Shown one piece after another: positions 28,828 through 43,580 of a DNA stretch of 64,000 nucleotides. Both the position numbers and the translations under genes were made by a program. The stretch comes from Octopus vulgaris (lineage: Eukaryota). The stretch spans positions 81,778,001-81,842,000 of the forward strand of contig OX597831.1 of NCBI GenBank assembly GCA_951406725.2. The letters are read 5' to 3'. How positions within the stretch are numbered: position 1 is the stretch's first letter; each line of letters opens with the position of its first letter. Below the pieces are notes generated by a model, which saw only the letters and a list, made by a program, of their open reading frames with translations, made no database searches and was not told the origin of the DNA.

Positions 28828-29375
28828 GTATCTGATTCGACCTCCTTTGATAATAGATCTGCTCAGGGCTGAACATGGTTTCAACAACAACAATAACAAC
28901 AACAACAAGTTCCCGATCCGTAATAAACTTCAGTGAAAACACCTGTGTGAAAAAGTACCCCTCAGGAGCCCTGGGATCTTTCTCCATCCTAGCTGGTTTC
29001 TCCACCCTTAAGGGCATCCTAAGGAGTACTTCTGTCCCTTAGTATTATCATATTTCGAGGGGAGGGGTTCTTCTCAGAAAAGAATCTTTCGCATTTCAAT
29101 TGTTTCCAAACAACTTTTACCAGCAACAGACATTTATGTCTTTAAAATGGGTTTTACTAACTTACACACACGCACATACACATGCGTATGTATGTATATA
29201 TAATTGATTACATATAAGTGGATATATAAGTGTGTGTGTCTGTGTGTGTCTGTGTGTATGCATGTATATGCACACATACATTCACCAAGAGACATACATA
29301 TGTATTTATATATAACTGATTATATTTCGAACGCCACGCAGCTTTGTCCACAGTAAGTACTTACATCTATATGTA

Positions 29376-29515
29376 AGGAGTGGCTGTGTTGTGAGTAGCT
29401 TGCTCACCAACCACATAGTTCCGGATTCAGTCCCACTGCATGGCACCTTCACCGAGTGTCTTCGACCAAAACCTTGTGAGTGGATTTGGTAGACGGAAAC
29501 TGAAAGAAGCTTGTC

Positions 29516-29590
<75 letters not shown>

Positions 29591-29830
29591 TGCATGTATG
29601 TATGTATGTATGTATGTATGTATGTATTTGTGCTTGTATTATTCCCCCCACCATCGTTTGACAACCGATATTGGTGTATTTACGTCCTCGTAACTTAACG
29701 GTCTCGGCATAAGTAACCGATAGAATAAGTACTAGGCTTACAAAAGATAAAGTCTTGGGGTCAATTTGTTCGACTAAAGGCAGTGCTCCAGCATGGCCAC
29801 AGTCAAAATAACTGAAACAAGTAAAAGAAT
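29376..29830 (+). mobile_element. SINE family B
   Basis: GGAGTGGCTGTGT...TTCAGTCCCACTG...GCTCCAGCATGGCCACAGTC...GAAACAAGTAAAAGA. Confidence 0.9.
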
Positions 29831-29863
29831 AAAAAAAGAATACACACACACATACAAGCACAC

Positions 29864-30024
29864 AATGGGCTTCTCGCAGTTTCCGTCTACCAAATCCAGT
29901 CACAAGGTTTTGGTCAGTTCAGTTCTCTAGTAGAAGACACTTGCTCAAGGTGTCACACAGTGGGGCTGAACCCGGAGCCGTGTGGTTGAAAAATCAGTTC
30001 CTTACCAGACGACCACGACTGCGC
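29864..30024 (-). mobile_element. SINE family B 5' half
   Basis: Inverted relative to the adjacent 29376 copy. Confidence 0.8.
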
Positions 30025-30165
30025 ATGTGCATGTGTGTCGAATTGCACTTTACTTGGTACAGTTTCATAAAACCACAAATCCTTCAATTTTACCAAAAAT
30101 AAAAAAAAATAAAAAAACAAAAGAGAAAATCATATCGACTAATCCATTTCTGGCGCCCAAAGAAT

Positions 30166-30197
<32 letters not shown>

Positions 30198-30329
30198 GCA
30201 ACAACAACAACACCACATCCACCACCACCGTTGCCATCTTATCTTCTTACCCGTTCACTTACCAATAAACCATACATCTTTACTCTGCAGATATTTCAGC
30301 AACAAAAAAACAAATCGTTGTTGTTGTTG

Positions 30330-30382
<53 letters not shown>

Positions 30383-30908
30383 TTCCAGCGGGGATCGTTC
30401 ATTATTTATAATTTTGCGCGATTTCTCCTTGCTTAAATTGTTAATATATCAAACTCAGATAGTTTTCCCCAAATTTACTGTCTTTCCGAAGAAATTTCTT
30501 TTGGAGGTTTTAGATAACAGAAATATCACCTGAAAACAAGACAAAAACACAACAAAGAAACAAACAAACAAACAAGCAGAGAAATCAGGAGAAAAACTCT
30601 GCAAAATGTAATGTTTGAAAGAGCATTAAAGAAATGTTATTTCTAAGCGCCACAGTTCTTGGAGTAAATCTTTTACCAAAAACACTCTTTTCGATTTATT
30701 TCACTAGAAATAACAAGCAAAGTTATCAGGTGAGATAATGGTGAAAAATGAGATTGGTGAGGTTATGCACACACACACACACACACACACACACGGGCAT
30801 ACACACATAGACACACACACGCGCTCTCTCTCTCTCTCCCTCCTTGTCTCTCGCTCTCTCACACAGACACACACACACACACACACACACACATACGCGT
30901 ACACACAC

Positions 30909-30958
<50 letters not shown>

Positions 30959-30963
30959 ACACA

Positions 30964-31040
<77 letters not shown>

Positions 31041-31152
31041 GCAGCAGCACAACTCGAAGAATTTCTGAAATAAGAAGTTTGTTTTAATCTATTTATCTAC
31101 CTTGGTGTTCCGTATTTTCCCAAACAAATATGCGTGTCGAGTGTATATATGA

Positions 31153-31196
<44 letters not shown>

Positions 31197-31369
31197 ATGT
31201 ATATGTGTGTATATATATATATATATGTGTGTATATATATATATATGTGTGTATATATATATATATGTGTGTATATATATATATATAAATATTCATATAT
31301 ATATGTATATATATATATACATATATATACATATATATATACATATATATATATACATATATATACACG

Positions 31370-31400
<31 letters not shown>

Positions 31401-31563
31401 CAAAACAGGAAATTGGAAAAATGTTGGTATTATTTATTCACCATAACGCGTGTTTTATTTGCTAATAAGAGTTACAAAACTGTACATGTGGGAAAAACAT
31501 GTAAGATATCTCTTATTAGAAATTCTTATACACGCGCACACACACACAGATAGACAGACAGAC

Positions 31564-31649
<86 letters not shown>

Positions 31650-32272
31650 CTACATACATACATACATACATACATACATACATACATACATACATACATA
31701 CACACATATCAAATACTTCCTCTAATGAAATCATACCATTTTTGTCTCAACAGCTAAAAGTAACCGTAATCACAGCCTCATCATCACTCAAACTTTTAGA
31801 TGAGTCTGTCACCAAGGGTCTTTCTTGATGAAAACATATCTTTAACATGTGAAGGAAGACTTCTTAAAGAGTAGCCCTTCTTTTCAGGACCAGAAAATAC
31901 TCTACACCACAAAATTTCGTGACCCTTTTCAAAACCCTGGTGGTGTTTACAATGGGACATTGCGTCGCTGTTGCTTCACTCAGATATCCCAATCCGCTTT
32001 CAGAGCAGCGCCACTCGACTGGTTGCGATGGATACACTCAAAACCACGCTTCACCATTTGGCACACAGGCATGCTGTGTCCTATCACAGCTTACTCTACC
32101 GCTACTATAGCCGCCGCTCCTCCTTGACCTAGTTAGTCGTGTATCACCTCCACTCAAGTACTTCCAACTCACGTGCCCCCTCTCCTCTCATAACCTTATA
32201 TGAATTTCCCCCAGGTGCCGCACAACAATTAAGTTTTGTCCTTCCACCTCTTTTAAATATTCTTCAAAATTT

Positions 32273-32686
32273 ACTCTTTTACTCTTTTACTTGTTTCAGT
32301 CATTTGATTGCGGCCATGCTGGAGCACCGCCTTTAGTCGAGCAAATCGACCCCAGGACTTATTCTTTGTAAACCTAGTACTTTTTCTATCGATCTCTTTT
32401 GCCGAACCGCTAAGTTACGGGGACGTAAACACACCAGCATCGGTTGTCAAGCGATGGTGGGGGGACAAACACAGACACACAAACACACACACACACACAC
32501 ATATAAATACATATACATATATACGACGGGCTTCTTTCAGTTTTTGTCTACCAAATCCACTCACAAGGCTTTGGTCGGCCCGAAGCTATAGTAGAAGACA
32601 CTTGCCCAAGGTTCCACGCAGTGGGACTGAACCGGGAACCATGTAGTTAGTAAGCAAGCTACTTACCACACAGCCACTCCTACGCC
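32273..32686 (-). mobile_element. SINE family B, full length
   Basis: Reverse complement of the family B consensus; CpGs retained. Confidence 0.92.
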
Positions 32687-32769
32687 TACACTCCTATTGT
32701 TTAATATTCCGACAGCTGAAACTCAGAAATGCAATCCTATAACTCTCACCATTCCTTATTCATTATTAG

Positions 32770-33125
32770 AGCCGAGTATAATCGTTTCTGCGTCGAACAA
32801 AATGCTCAGCGATTTTTCGCCCGTCTTTACGTTTTGAGTTCAAATACTGCTGAAGTCGACTTTGTTTTTCATCCTTTCAGAGTCAATGAAATAAGTACCA
32901 GTTGCATACTGAGGTCGATCGAATCGACATGCTCCCGATACCCCTCCCCCTCTGCCTATAGTAGAAAGGTTATTAGAATCGATTAATTTAGCCAAATTGT
33001 TTGACTGAAAGGACCAAACGCCGATCGATATTTGGCCTGGTTCGCTGCTGTCTGAGTTCAAAACCTGCTGGTGCTTTACCTTTCATCCTCGGTAGAGCGG
33101 GTGGGGGTCGATAAATAAAGTGCCG
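32770..33125 (+). mobile_element. Two old family-A SINE copies
   Basis: GAGTTCAAA...TTTCATCC...AAATAA(A)GT twice. Confidence 0.75.
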
Positions 33126-33440
33126 GTTCTGAATGATGGATTGGTGAGATTTGTTAGAACATCCAACATGATACCTTGTAGTGTTTATTCGTGTTCGTTG
33201 TGTTCTGATTTTAAATCCAGTCATGCCCTCCCTGGCTGGCAGACTTTATCCTTTACCTGGTTTCATGCCACTTGGTCTTGCAATGCCTTCAACAGAGTCC
33301 ATTCTATTGCAAACACTAGCGCCAACTTGCCAATTTAAGGATTCTTCACTCACTTTTTCCCACTAGTCTCGGGGGAGGGGGTTGAACTTCTAAAGGGTAA
33401 GGAGAACTTTCCTTACTGACTAAGCGGTAGCTTAAGTAAT

Positions 33441-33477
<37 letters not shown>

Positions 33478-34246
33478 CCATTATCGACAACAACAGCAAC
33501 CAACAGAGATTCGTCGATATTTTAATGTTACATTACAAGCTTTCGGTGATCCAGCATGGCCGCAGTCAAATGACTGAAACTCGTAGAAGAGTAAAAGACT
33601 ACTTCAGTCAAAAATTTTGTTAAATACAATTGTTGCGGTTATTGTTGTTGTTCTTGCTTCTGTTGCTGTTGTTACTGCAGGTGTGGTTGTTGTTGTTGTT
33701 GTTGTTGTTGTTGATGTCGTCGTTGTTGTGACTATTGTTGTATATGATACAGTTCCCTGTAATATGTCAATGACCAATCAAAAGTACAGTCTACCTAGCT
33801 GTAAATAAGAACCACCCTCTGCTTAAATTCATTGTAGTATGTCTATGATTATGACACTTAACTACAGCTCAGTGCACCTAGCTGTAAGTGGGTACCACAT
33901 TGTGGCATGGCTCACTCTAACCTGTATCTGTGTCGTTTAGTGAGACAATATTGAGACATAGTCCACACTATCAACTATCATCAGAAACATAAATCTTCTA
34001 GTGATTGCTCTGGTAGAAGTTCAAATCATTGCATTGGAAACTTTCTACTAAACATTCCACTATCTTACTGAGCTACAGAAGAAAATTCTTTAATCTTCGA
34101 TTTACCTTAACGAATTTTGAGTCAATAAGTTGTCACAACACAAATCCTTGGAATATGGAAAAAGATCATTATAAAGATTCCTTTATCAAAATGTAAACTA
34201 TGTACACAAACGTATATATATAGTATAAAATATGTATAGAAATAAG

Positions 34247-34277
<31 letters not shown>

Positions 34278-34441
34278 ACAAAGGGTAAAATTAATTAATT
34301 AAGAAGTAATCAGTAATTTCACCAAGTAGAATTCGGCAGTAGAAGGAATAGCTAAGGTTTTTTGACTGCTATTTCTAAACTTCGGTATGTGATGAAGCAA
34401 ATCTTTGCTGAAAACACCTAATTATATAGTATATATATATA

Positions 34442-34499
<58 letters not shown>

Positions 34500-34739
34500 T
34501 ATATATAAATATACATATACATACTCACGCACACAGAGATATAAACGTATTCATGTAAAAAGGTTTATATCTATTAAAAATATGAGTATACGTGTGTGTA
34601 TATATATATGCATAGATAGATACATGTATATATGCAAGTATATGTGTGTGTATATGTAAGTAAATCTCTCTCTCTCACTCTATATATATATATATATACA
34701 TGCATACATACACATATATATATATATACATGCATACAT

Positions 34740-34806
<67 letters not shown>

Positions 34807-35236
34807 TATGAACATATATATGTATAGATATGTGTACATATATATTTCATATAATCGTCTTTGAGGTCACACACACATATACCTGCATATATATAGACAC
34901 GCACACGTAATTCTGTTGAAAGCTACCGCTTATATTTTCAGAACGGAGGTAAACAATAAATAAATGATTATATGAAGACATAAATATATAAATAAGTTCA
35001 GTGAATAGAGTTTGATTGTGTTTGACAGGAAGTGGGTAAATAGTTGTTTAGAATTAAGGATCGGAAACATTAAGATCTCTAACCGGAAGTACAGAGTTCC
35101 AATATAAAGGCGTCCCAACAGTAATGAAGAAGGAAAATGGTGGCCACATATACAAACAAACAAAATATACAAAAAGCAACGACTGAAAACACAAAATAGC
35201 AGTAAAGAAACGACTACACTAGTGACAAGTTCGACA

Positions 35237-35294
<58 letters not shown>

Positions 35295-35583
35295 TCTTCC
35301 CTTTTTTTATTGCCAGAAGGTCGACATATATCAACAGATGTTTCACAGACAGTAACGCCGTGTAAGATTTGCGTAGAACGGCTGAGGCCAAGGTTGTGAA
35401 GAGAACGTTGCCCACGGGAGATAAATCACTGACTTCTCACTTTGACAATCACAAAAATGGCGGTGAGATGTGTTTCAATGACGATTTTGTAGACGAGTAA
35501 AGCAGACGCTCATCAAACCGTGAAAAGGTGTTACGCTTGATTTTTATTACATTTATGGAGAGACAGCCAATTAGACATACAGG

Positions 35584-35732
<149 letters not shown>

Positions 35733-35858
35733 GTGTTTGTAGTTCATTTCTATTGCAAGAACACTCATATAAACGGACAAAGAGACAGAGACAAACCCCA
35801 TGAGACAGACAAACAGACAGGTGGTTAAATAGACAGAACACTGGTGGATATACATATA

Positions 35859-37149
35859 TCGGGTTGGCAACTAAGTTCCCGCCGTTTTTTTTTTAATTCA
35901 AACATTTTTTTAAAGGTTTAATAAAATAAGTAACAACTAATTAATCAATAATGTATTCACCCTTGTTGTTTACACTTTCTTTCTCAACGTTCAACAAGAT
36001 TTTCAATACCTCGATGGTAGAAATCAACCGATTTCGAGTCGAAAAATTAATCCAACCAAGCTCTCAATTCGGCATCAGTACTGAACGAAACTCCGCGCAT
36101 AGCATCTGAAAGAGATCAAAAGAGGTGGAAATCCGTTGGTGCCAAATCAGGAGAGTACGGCGGGTGTAGCAGCACTTCCCAGCCATGCATTTGAATGGCT
36201 TCCTTGGTCATATTGGCGATATGAGGGCGGGCGTTGTAAAGCAGAAGAACTCCATGCTGACGATTAAGTCTTTTCTCTAGAATAGCCGTGTTGAGTCGTT
36301 CCATCAGTTGTACGGAACCAAATGCATTAACCGTTAGATTCCGTTCAAGCAATTCGTAATGGATAATCCCTTCCCGGTTCCACCACATCATTTTACGCAG
36401 ATGAAGATCTTGTTTCCGCGGTGTCGCTTGTTTACTGGGGCTAAGCCATACCTTACGCTGCTTCATATTGATATACAGACACCATTTTTCGTCGCCAGTA
36501 ACGATTCGATAAAGAAATCGTTGCTTGTGTCCATGAGTTGAGCGATGACGAGCAAGCAACCCAGCGAAGATTGTGGCTCGTTGATTTTTGCTGTTGTCAC
36601 TTAAAACATGCGGAACCCATGCTCCAAACTTCTGAACCTTTCCCATCGAGTAAAGATGCTTCTCTATAGCAGTGTGGCAGCATTCCATTTCTCTGCCAGT
36701 TCCCCTGTCGTTTGACGCGAATTTTCGTGCAAAATTTGCTGTAATCGCTCTTCATCGAACTCAACTGGACAGCCAGAACAACGTGCACCTTTGAGGTCAA
36801 AATTTCCATTTTCGAACTTGGCATACCAATCACGAGCGGTTCTTTCAGCTATGGCACCCTCTCTATACACAGCACAAATGTCGGGAGCAGCTTTTACGGT
36901 CTTAGATCCTTGATTAAAAACAAAAAAAAAAGGAGGTGTCGAAAATGCTCGTTTTTCTTAACTTGACATTCCATTTTAATGATCTGAAAATAAACAAAAA
37001 TTAACTAAAATTAACTAGAAAAAAACAAAACGAAATAGATTCCAAAATGATTCAAAAATAGAATTCTCGAAAAAAATAGATTCCAAACTTTTAAAACGCA
37101 ATAAATTCCAAAATTTTAAAAAACGGTGGGAACTTAGTTGCCAACCCAA
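35859..37149 (-). mobile_element. Full-length mariner (DD34D) transposon, mellifera-subfamily-like
   Basis: TIRs TCGGGTTGGCAACTAAGTTCCCGCCGTTTTT and AAAAACGGTGGGAACTTAGTTGCCAACCCAA; TA at the left end; ~1.29 kb. Confidence 0.95.
35941..36974 (-). pseudogene. Mariner transposase pseudogene
   Basis: MECQVKKNEHFRH...WVPHVL...TGDEKW...HPPYSPDLAPTDFHLF...NKGEYIID*; several frameshifts; the second catalytic Asp is missing (LLYNARPH). Confidence 0.93.
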
Positions 37150-38037
37150 AAATGGTGGCCACATATACAAAAATGTTTGTGTCTGCATGTATAAGTTCAT
37201 AAGGTACGTGCAGAGTTGCAATATGCATATTTATATTGGTGTATTTCTGTTGTTACACGCACGCACACACGCACACACACACACACACACACACATTTAC
37301 GCACACACACATTTACGCACACACACATTTACGCACACACACATTTACGTACACATGCACATATTCGTACATGATGTATTGAAAAGACGGCTGTGAGAGT
37401 TATAAACTTCACGACTTCAACTGCTATATTGGTCATATAATTATAACAGTCTCTTGCCAGTTGTCAAGCAATCAAAACAGTGATTATTTGCAACACCTTT
37501 GGTATATATTTGATTAAGTCATTTTCCATACTGAGGCAACTCACTCTTTCCAAAACTTCTACCTCGGGTACAAATGATTTCCAGCTGAAGTTTTAAAACA
37601 CCCCTAAAACACTTTCGGAGGAATCTTTCAAAAATGTTGATGTTTCGTTAATATGGCGTCCATGTCTAAGACATGTAAAGCAAGGATATGATGACGCAAG
37701 CGCCACGAATGCAAAGCTTAGGAGAAAGCTTCAAGTCCGTATATGACCAAACTCTCTCAAGTATTCCCAATGCATCTGAAGCCTTCTCAATCCCAAAGTT
37801 TCCCTCGAAAATCTAGGGATCCGCCTCTTGAAATAGAGCAGCCGAGGTTATTAAAAGAGCCTTTTACACCAAATCTGCTCCCTTAAATAAGAATATTTGG
37901 GTTTCATATACTTCGCCATGGAAGGTTAGTGCGCTAGACTCGTAACAGTAAGATTATAGTTTCGTATGATTATAGTTCCGCTACTTAATGGCTAAACATG
38001 GCATATCTGCATGAACATATATATATATATATACGCG

Positions 38038-38129
<92 letters not shown>

Positions 38130-38217
38130 CATATATATAAAGTGAGATAGGGGTTATGAGTGTGAATTGGTAATATGTTAGTCGATGATTGAAAGGAATC
38201 TGTTCCTCCATTTTCTT

Positions 38218-38415
38218 GTTAGCCCCTACACGCATTTTTTTCTCTCCTTGTTTCTCTCTTTGTTTCTTTTCTGTGTATCTTTTTGTCGAAGAGCATAGGC
38301 TCGAAACGTAAAAGGACTTGTTTTATTTCTATTCCTGAGCGCCATACTAATACAATTGTTTGTTTGTATTCCACCTGCCTTCGTCTTTTGTTTATTTTCG
38401 TAAACCTTCCCGTTT

Positions 38416-38418
<3 letters not shown>
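38218..38418 (+). mobile_element. Penelope-type pLTR remnant with hammerhead-like motif
   Basis: TCGAAGAGCATAGGCTCGAAACGTA at 38286-38310. Confidence 0.5.
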
Positions 38419-38456
<38 letters not shown>

Positions 38457-38595
38457 TTATTTATGCATGTAAAAATATATGCGTATATGTATATAAGCAT
38501 GCATACATAAATTCATACGTAACACAGATGTATACACACTAATACATACTGACATACATGCATATTTATAAGTGTACGTGTGCGTGTGCGTATAT

Positions 38596-38634
<39 letters not shown>

Positions 38635-38835
38635 ACACACATACACATATATGTGTGAGTGTGAGTATGCATATATATGTATGTGCGTGTATGTATATTT
38701 ATATATATATATATATATATATATAAATCGCTACTACCACAGGGCTGAAACATATAAAAGAATAAGAGAATAAAAGAATATATATATACATATATTATAT
38801 GTGTGTGTACGTGTGTGTATATATATATATTTATA

Positions 38836-38892
<57 letters not shown>

Positions 38893-39390
38893 AAACATTT
38901 CTACATCAGTCAGAAGTAGGTTTGTCAACACCAAATTGAAGTGAAGAAGTTGTCAAAATTCCGCCGTAACAAGAATGGTTGTCATGGAAGTGGAGGGGTG
39001 GTCAAGGGTGGTGTCAGGGCTGGAAGAGAGTTGCAGTGGGGGAGAAGGGTGGTGTGTAGAGGTTGGTGGGAGGAAAAGTGACTCTACTCTGGTATTTACA
39101 ATGGCAGCAGCAGAAACCATGATTCTTCAGAGCCAAAAACAGTGTAAACCAGAAAGGATTTTCTCTCTCTCTCTTTCTTTCCCACCTTTTCTTGTGTGTG
39201 TAATAAACTAAAAGAAGCAGATCAAAGGGTCCAGGAAGATGTATGGCAGAGGAAGGGATTGTGAGAGGAGGGTTCGAAAGTTGAGCGAGGGAGAGGAGGA
39301 AGTAGAGAAATTGAATATTAAAGAATGAGACGAAAGAAAGAGAAGAAAAAGTAGCAAAGTCTGGAGGGAGATGGAGGGAGTGTGTGTGTC

Positions 39391-39468
<78 letters not shown>

Positions 39469-39547
39469 TAAGTATAGAAAATTGAGAACAAATAATATAA
39501 TCGATACTCAAGCAACTTTCATTTCTACACCCATTTCTCCAATACGG

Positions 39548-39580
<33 letters not shown>

Positions 39581-39880
39581 CGTGTGTTAAGTTATTGTCA
39601 AGTCATCGAATCCATAGGATCTCTTTAAAAAGATTACACGAGTAACATGTGGTCGCTGAGATTGCTTGAAATAGAAGTCAAAATCCACCACAGAATGTGC
39701 ATTACAGTCTCTGAAATAACAATTAGAAAGATACATTAAAATGTAGCTCTAGATGTTCTATAATTAGAAATTAGATGGGTAGTCACACCTGGAATGTCAA
39801 TAGCTATTGACTTGCTGAATCAGAGCCAACCTGTGGCTAAACGACGACACCAACCGGGAATTCCTCTGCCACAATTTCAA

Positions 39881-41314
39881 TACAAGAAGGAGTCGAAAGT
39901 TTTGCAATATTTTGGTAACTTTATTCGTCAAGTCACAACAAAAGCAGCGCAGCACTCAAAGGACATCGTGTTGCACCGCGTTGCACCACGTTGTACCGTG
40001 TTGCACCATGTTGCACATCGTTGCACCATGTTGCATCGCGTTGACCATGTTGCACCGTGTTGTACCATATTGTATCGTGTTGCATCATGTTGTACCATGT
40101 TGCACCATGTTGCACCGTATTGCATCGTGTTGCACCGTCTGCAGCCATTTTTTGCCAGTTCTTTGATGCCACGCTTCGAAGTGAAGAACTCCTTCATTGA
40201 AGCTTCCAACTTCTTTTGGTTGATGAAGTGTCGTGAGCGCTGGAAGTGGGGCATGTATTGGGCCAAGTAATAATCCGAGGGAGATGGGTCCGGACTAGGT
40301 TTGGTTGTGGCATCAATTCCATTCCTTCAAGTTCCTTGAATTTATTCCGGGACGTTTGAGCGGAATAAAGTCTTGCGTTGCTGCAGAAGAGCTTGCTTCT
40401 TGTTAACCCCATATGTTTGCGGCACAATGGCATACATCATCTGCTCCAGTTGTTCAGTGTACAGGGTAGAATCGGTGGTTTGACCATCCGAAACAAACTC
40501 TTCGGGAATTATCCCCTCAAAATTCCACCAGATGCAGAGCATCATCTTGTGTTCGAAGCTCCCATGTTTGGCGACAAGTTCCAGAAGCTGGCCCCTGCTT
40601 AACCCCTGCTTATCACGTTAGAGTTGCAGAAAAGTATTTACCTTTCATCGCATACTATTATCCTCCTGGTGAAACGCAGTTCACATGGATTTTCCAGCAG
40701 TTCCTTACAAACATCCACTTGCCTCTCTGCTTAAGCTGGGGCCAATTCTTGAGGCTCACTTCTGTCTCTCCGGATGTTTTTGCCGAAGCCATGAAAGTGA
40801 CGACCCACACAAGACAGTGAGATGCCCTGCTCGCCTGATACTCTCTGAGTGCTACTCACCGGGTTTGCCTCCATGGCTTACATCACGGCTCGGAATCCAC
40901 GGTATTAGGACTACATGACCTTGCCTGATCGTCGAGGTTCTTGTAGTCTGAGCAAAATTTCTTGAACCACCTGGTTACTGTTCTGTGATCCTCTGCGCCT
41001 TCATTTGTCGCATAACAAATGGTTTTGGTTGCTTCCGCGGCGTTATAGCCCGGTTTGAACTCGTAAAACATAAGTTCCCAAATTAGTTCCTTACATACAT
41101 CCACTTGCCTCTCTGCTTAATATATATGTCATTCATCTGTGTGGCATTCAAATCACAGAGTGAAGCCATGCACAACGTGCCGGCGCACCAACTACCGCTA
41201 TTCTACCAACCCCAGGGGCTACTTTCCACGGGCTGAACCACTTCGGTCACGTGATATACACGCCGCAAACTGGCGCGTCTGCAAATACTGCAAAACATTT
41301 GACTCGCCTTTGTA
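39881..41314 (-). mobile_element. Degenerate mariner transposon with TIRs
   Basis: TIRs TACAAGAAGGAGTCGAAAGTTTTGCAATATTT and rc TACAAAGGCGAGTCAAATGTTTTGCAGTATTT; peptides FYEFKPGYNAAEATKTIC, TVTRWFKKF, MLCIWWNFEGII, SPDPSPSDYYL. Confidence 0.85.
39965..40139. repeat. 10-bp minisatellite (TGTTGCACCR)
   Basis: About 17 degenerate units inside the mariner 3' end. Confidence 0.9.
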
Positions 41315-42073
41315 ATGCCAACCAGAGAAGATGCCAACTTCAATTTGTGTGAAAGTGTTTGGTCTGGAATCTATGGTATATTTCCTTACTTTCAGATATT
41401 TACTGTGCGCGCGTGTGTGCTTCTCTCTCTCTCTCTCTTTCTCTCTTTCTCTCTTTCTACACACACACACACGTATATATATGTATATATGTATATGTAT
41501 GTATGTGTGTATATATATATATATAGGATACACACACACATACATATATACATATACATATACATATACATAGCAATAAAGATGAAACAAATACACATAC
41601 ACATACACACACACATGTATATACATATGTTTATATGTATGTATGTGTGTGTGTGTGCAGGGTGAGAGAGGGAAAAAGAAAAAGAGATATAAGGGATTAT
41701 TCTGGAAGAGACAGGAAACAGTTGCAAATTCCTTAAAAGACGCGTCTACGTCAGTTTCCATGGAACTCCTCTAATTTGTGATCATTTAAGAAGTAATAAA
41801 TATTCCTCCAGTAAACGACATGGAGTACTCGACCAGCTAGAAATAGCAGCTGAATTGCCATCAATTGATTTAAATAAACACGGATACATCGGACCTTGTG
41901 ATTTAAATAGTTAAGTTCGTCACGGCCGGAACCCCTTTGATCAATGTCTATTCGATCAGGACATACCTTGGGCTAAACAAAAACACCTGTTTGACAACCA
42001 GCCGGAAGATACTCGGAATTGTCCATTGTTGGCTATATTAATGATAGAGAGCTTTGGAGTCAAAGGGTTGTTA

Positions 42074-42157
<84 letters not shown>

Positions 42158-42183
42158 TCTACACAGATACTCATTTTATTATA

Positions 42184-42513
42184 TGGCTCAGTGGTTAGAG
42201 CGTCGAGCTTACGATCGTGAGGTTGTGAGTTCGAATCCCGGACCGGGCTGCGTGTTGTGTTCTTGAGCAAGACACTTTATTTCACGTTGCTCCAGTTCAC
42301 TCAGCTGCAGAAATGGAGTTTCGACGACACTGGTGCCAAGCTGTATTGGCCCCCTTTGCTTTTCCCTTGGATAACATCAGTGGCGTGGAGAGGGGAAGCC
42401 GGTATGCATGGGTGACTGCTGGTTTTCCATAAATAACATTGCCCGGTCTTGCGCCTGGGAGGGTAACTTTCTAGGTGCAATCCCACGGTCAGTCATGACC
42501 GAAGGGGGTCTCA
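42184..42513 (+). mobile_element. tRNA-derived SINE (family C-related head)
   Basis: TGGCTCAGTGGTTAGAGC...GTTCGAATCCC followed by a CTTGAGCAAGACACTT body. Confidence 0.85.
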
Positions 42514-43492
42514 GCATATATTCTTTTCTACTCAAGGCAAATGGCCCGAAAGTTTGGGGGATGGAGCCTGTCGATTAGATCGACCCTTGTACGCAACTGG
42601 CACTTAATTTATCGATCCCAAAAGGTAGAAAGGCAAAGTCGACCTTGAACACAGAATTTTATTCTATATACTGATGTTGTTATTGTTTAAGCTCAAGTCA
42701 GCCCCTGATCCGACACCAAAGGCGTTCTAGAATTGACCATTTGTTAGTTTCTTTTCTCGCTTTTTCGCTCATATAGAGTGTTTGTTGTTTAGCCCCAGGT
42801 CGGTTCTGATCCAGCAGACACTCATTAGTTTCTATTTCACTATTACTGAAGAGCATGGCTTAGTGGTTAGGGTGTTGGACTCATGGATTATAAGATTGTG
42901 GTTTTGATTCCTGGACCGGGAAATGCGCAGTGTTCTTCAGCAAAACAGTCCTTTCGATGTTGATCCAGTCCACTCAGCTGGCTAAAATGAGTTTATCCTA
43001 CGACGAAACGGTATCCTGTCCATGTGGAGGGGTGCAATAAACACGCCAGAAAAAACTGGGTACCTGACCTTAAGATGATTCGGGAAGGATCCTTGATCTT
43101 TTGTTTTATTTTTGCTAAAGTCAATGATGGAGTATCTACGTGGTCGCCCAGCTTGTTAGAAATAACAATCATGTCTCCGTCAAATCACATTCAGCAACTG
43201 GAACACTACGGATGGTTACGGCTGGAGCGCTTTCAATCAAAGGTCCGGGGGCAAAACAATTACAGCGATAACCAGACCTTTTCCTCATCCACCGCACTTT
43301 CCCTCTCCCTCTCTTCTCTCACCCTGCCACCCCTCTGTTCCCATCTCAGTTGGACAATGAGTATCTTTGTGTCGTCTCGTTGCTGTCCTTTCACCAAAAC
43401 AAGGGACTCAATGTAAAACACCTTCGACGAATTTGCCGTGAAAATACGACATGATGTGACACTAATGAAGATATTTTATTTCCGGTAAACAT

Positions 43493-43580
<88 letters not shown>

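Noticed and set aside
39965-40139. Regularly spaced repeats suggesting a CRISPR array or a Cys/His-rich protein
   Set aside because: Contiguous 10-bp tandem units with no unique spacers, inside a mariner in eukaryotic DNA.
42184-42250. tRNA-like sequence with A and B boxes
   Set aside because: No proper acceptor or anticodon stem, and it runs into a SINE body; it is a SINE head.
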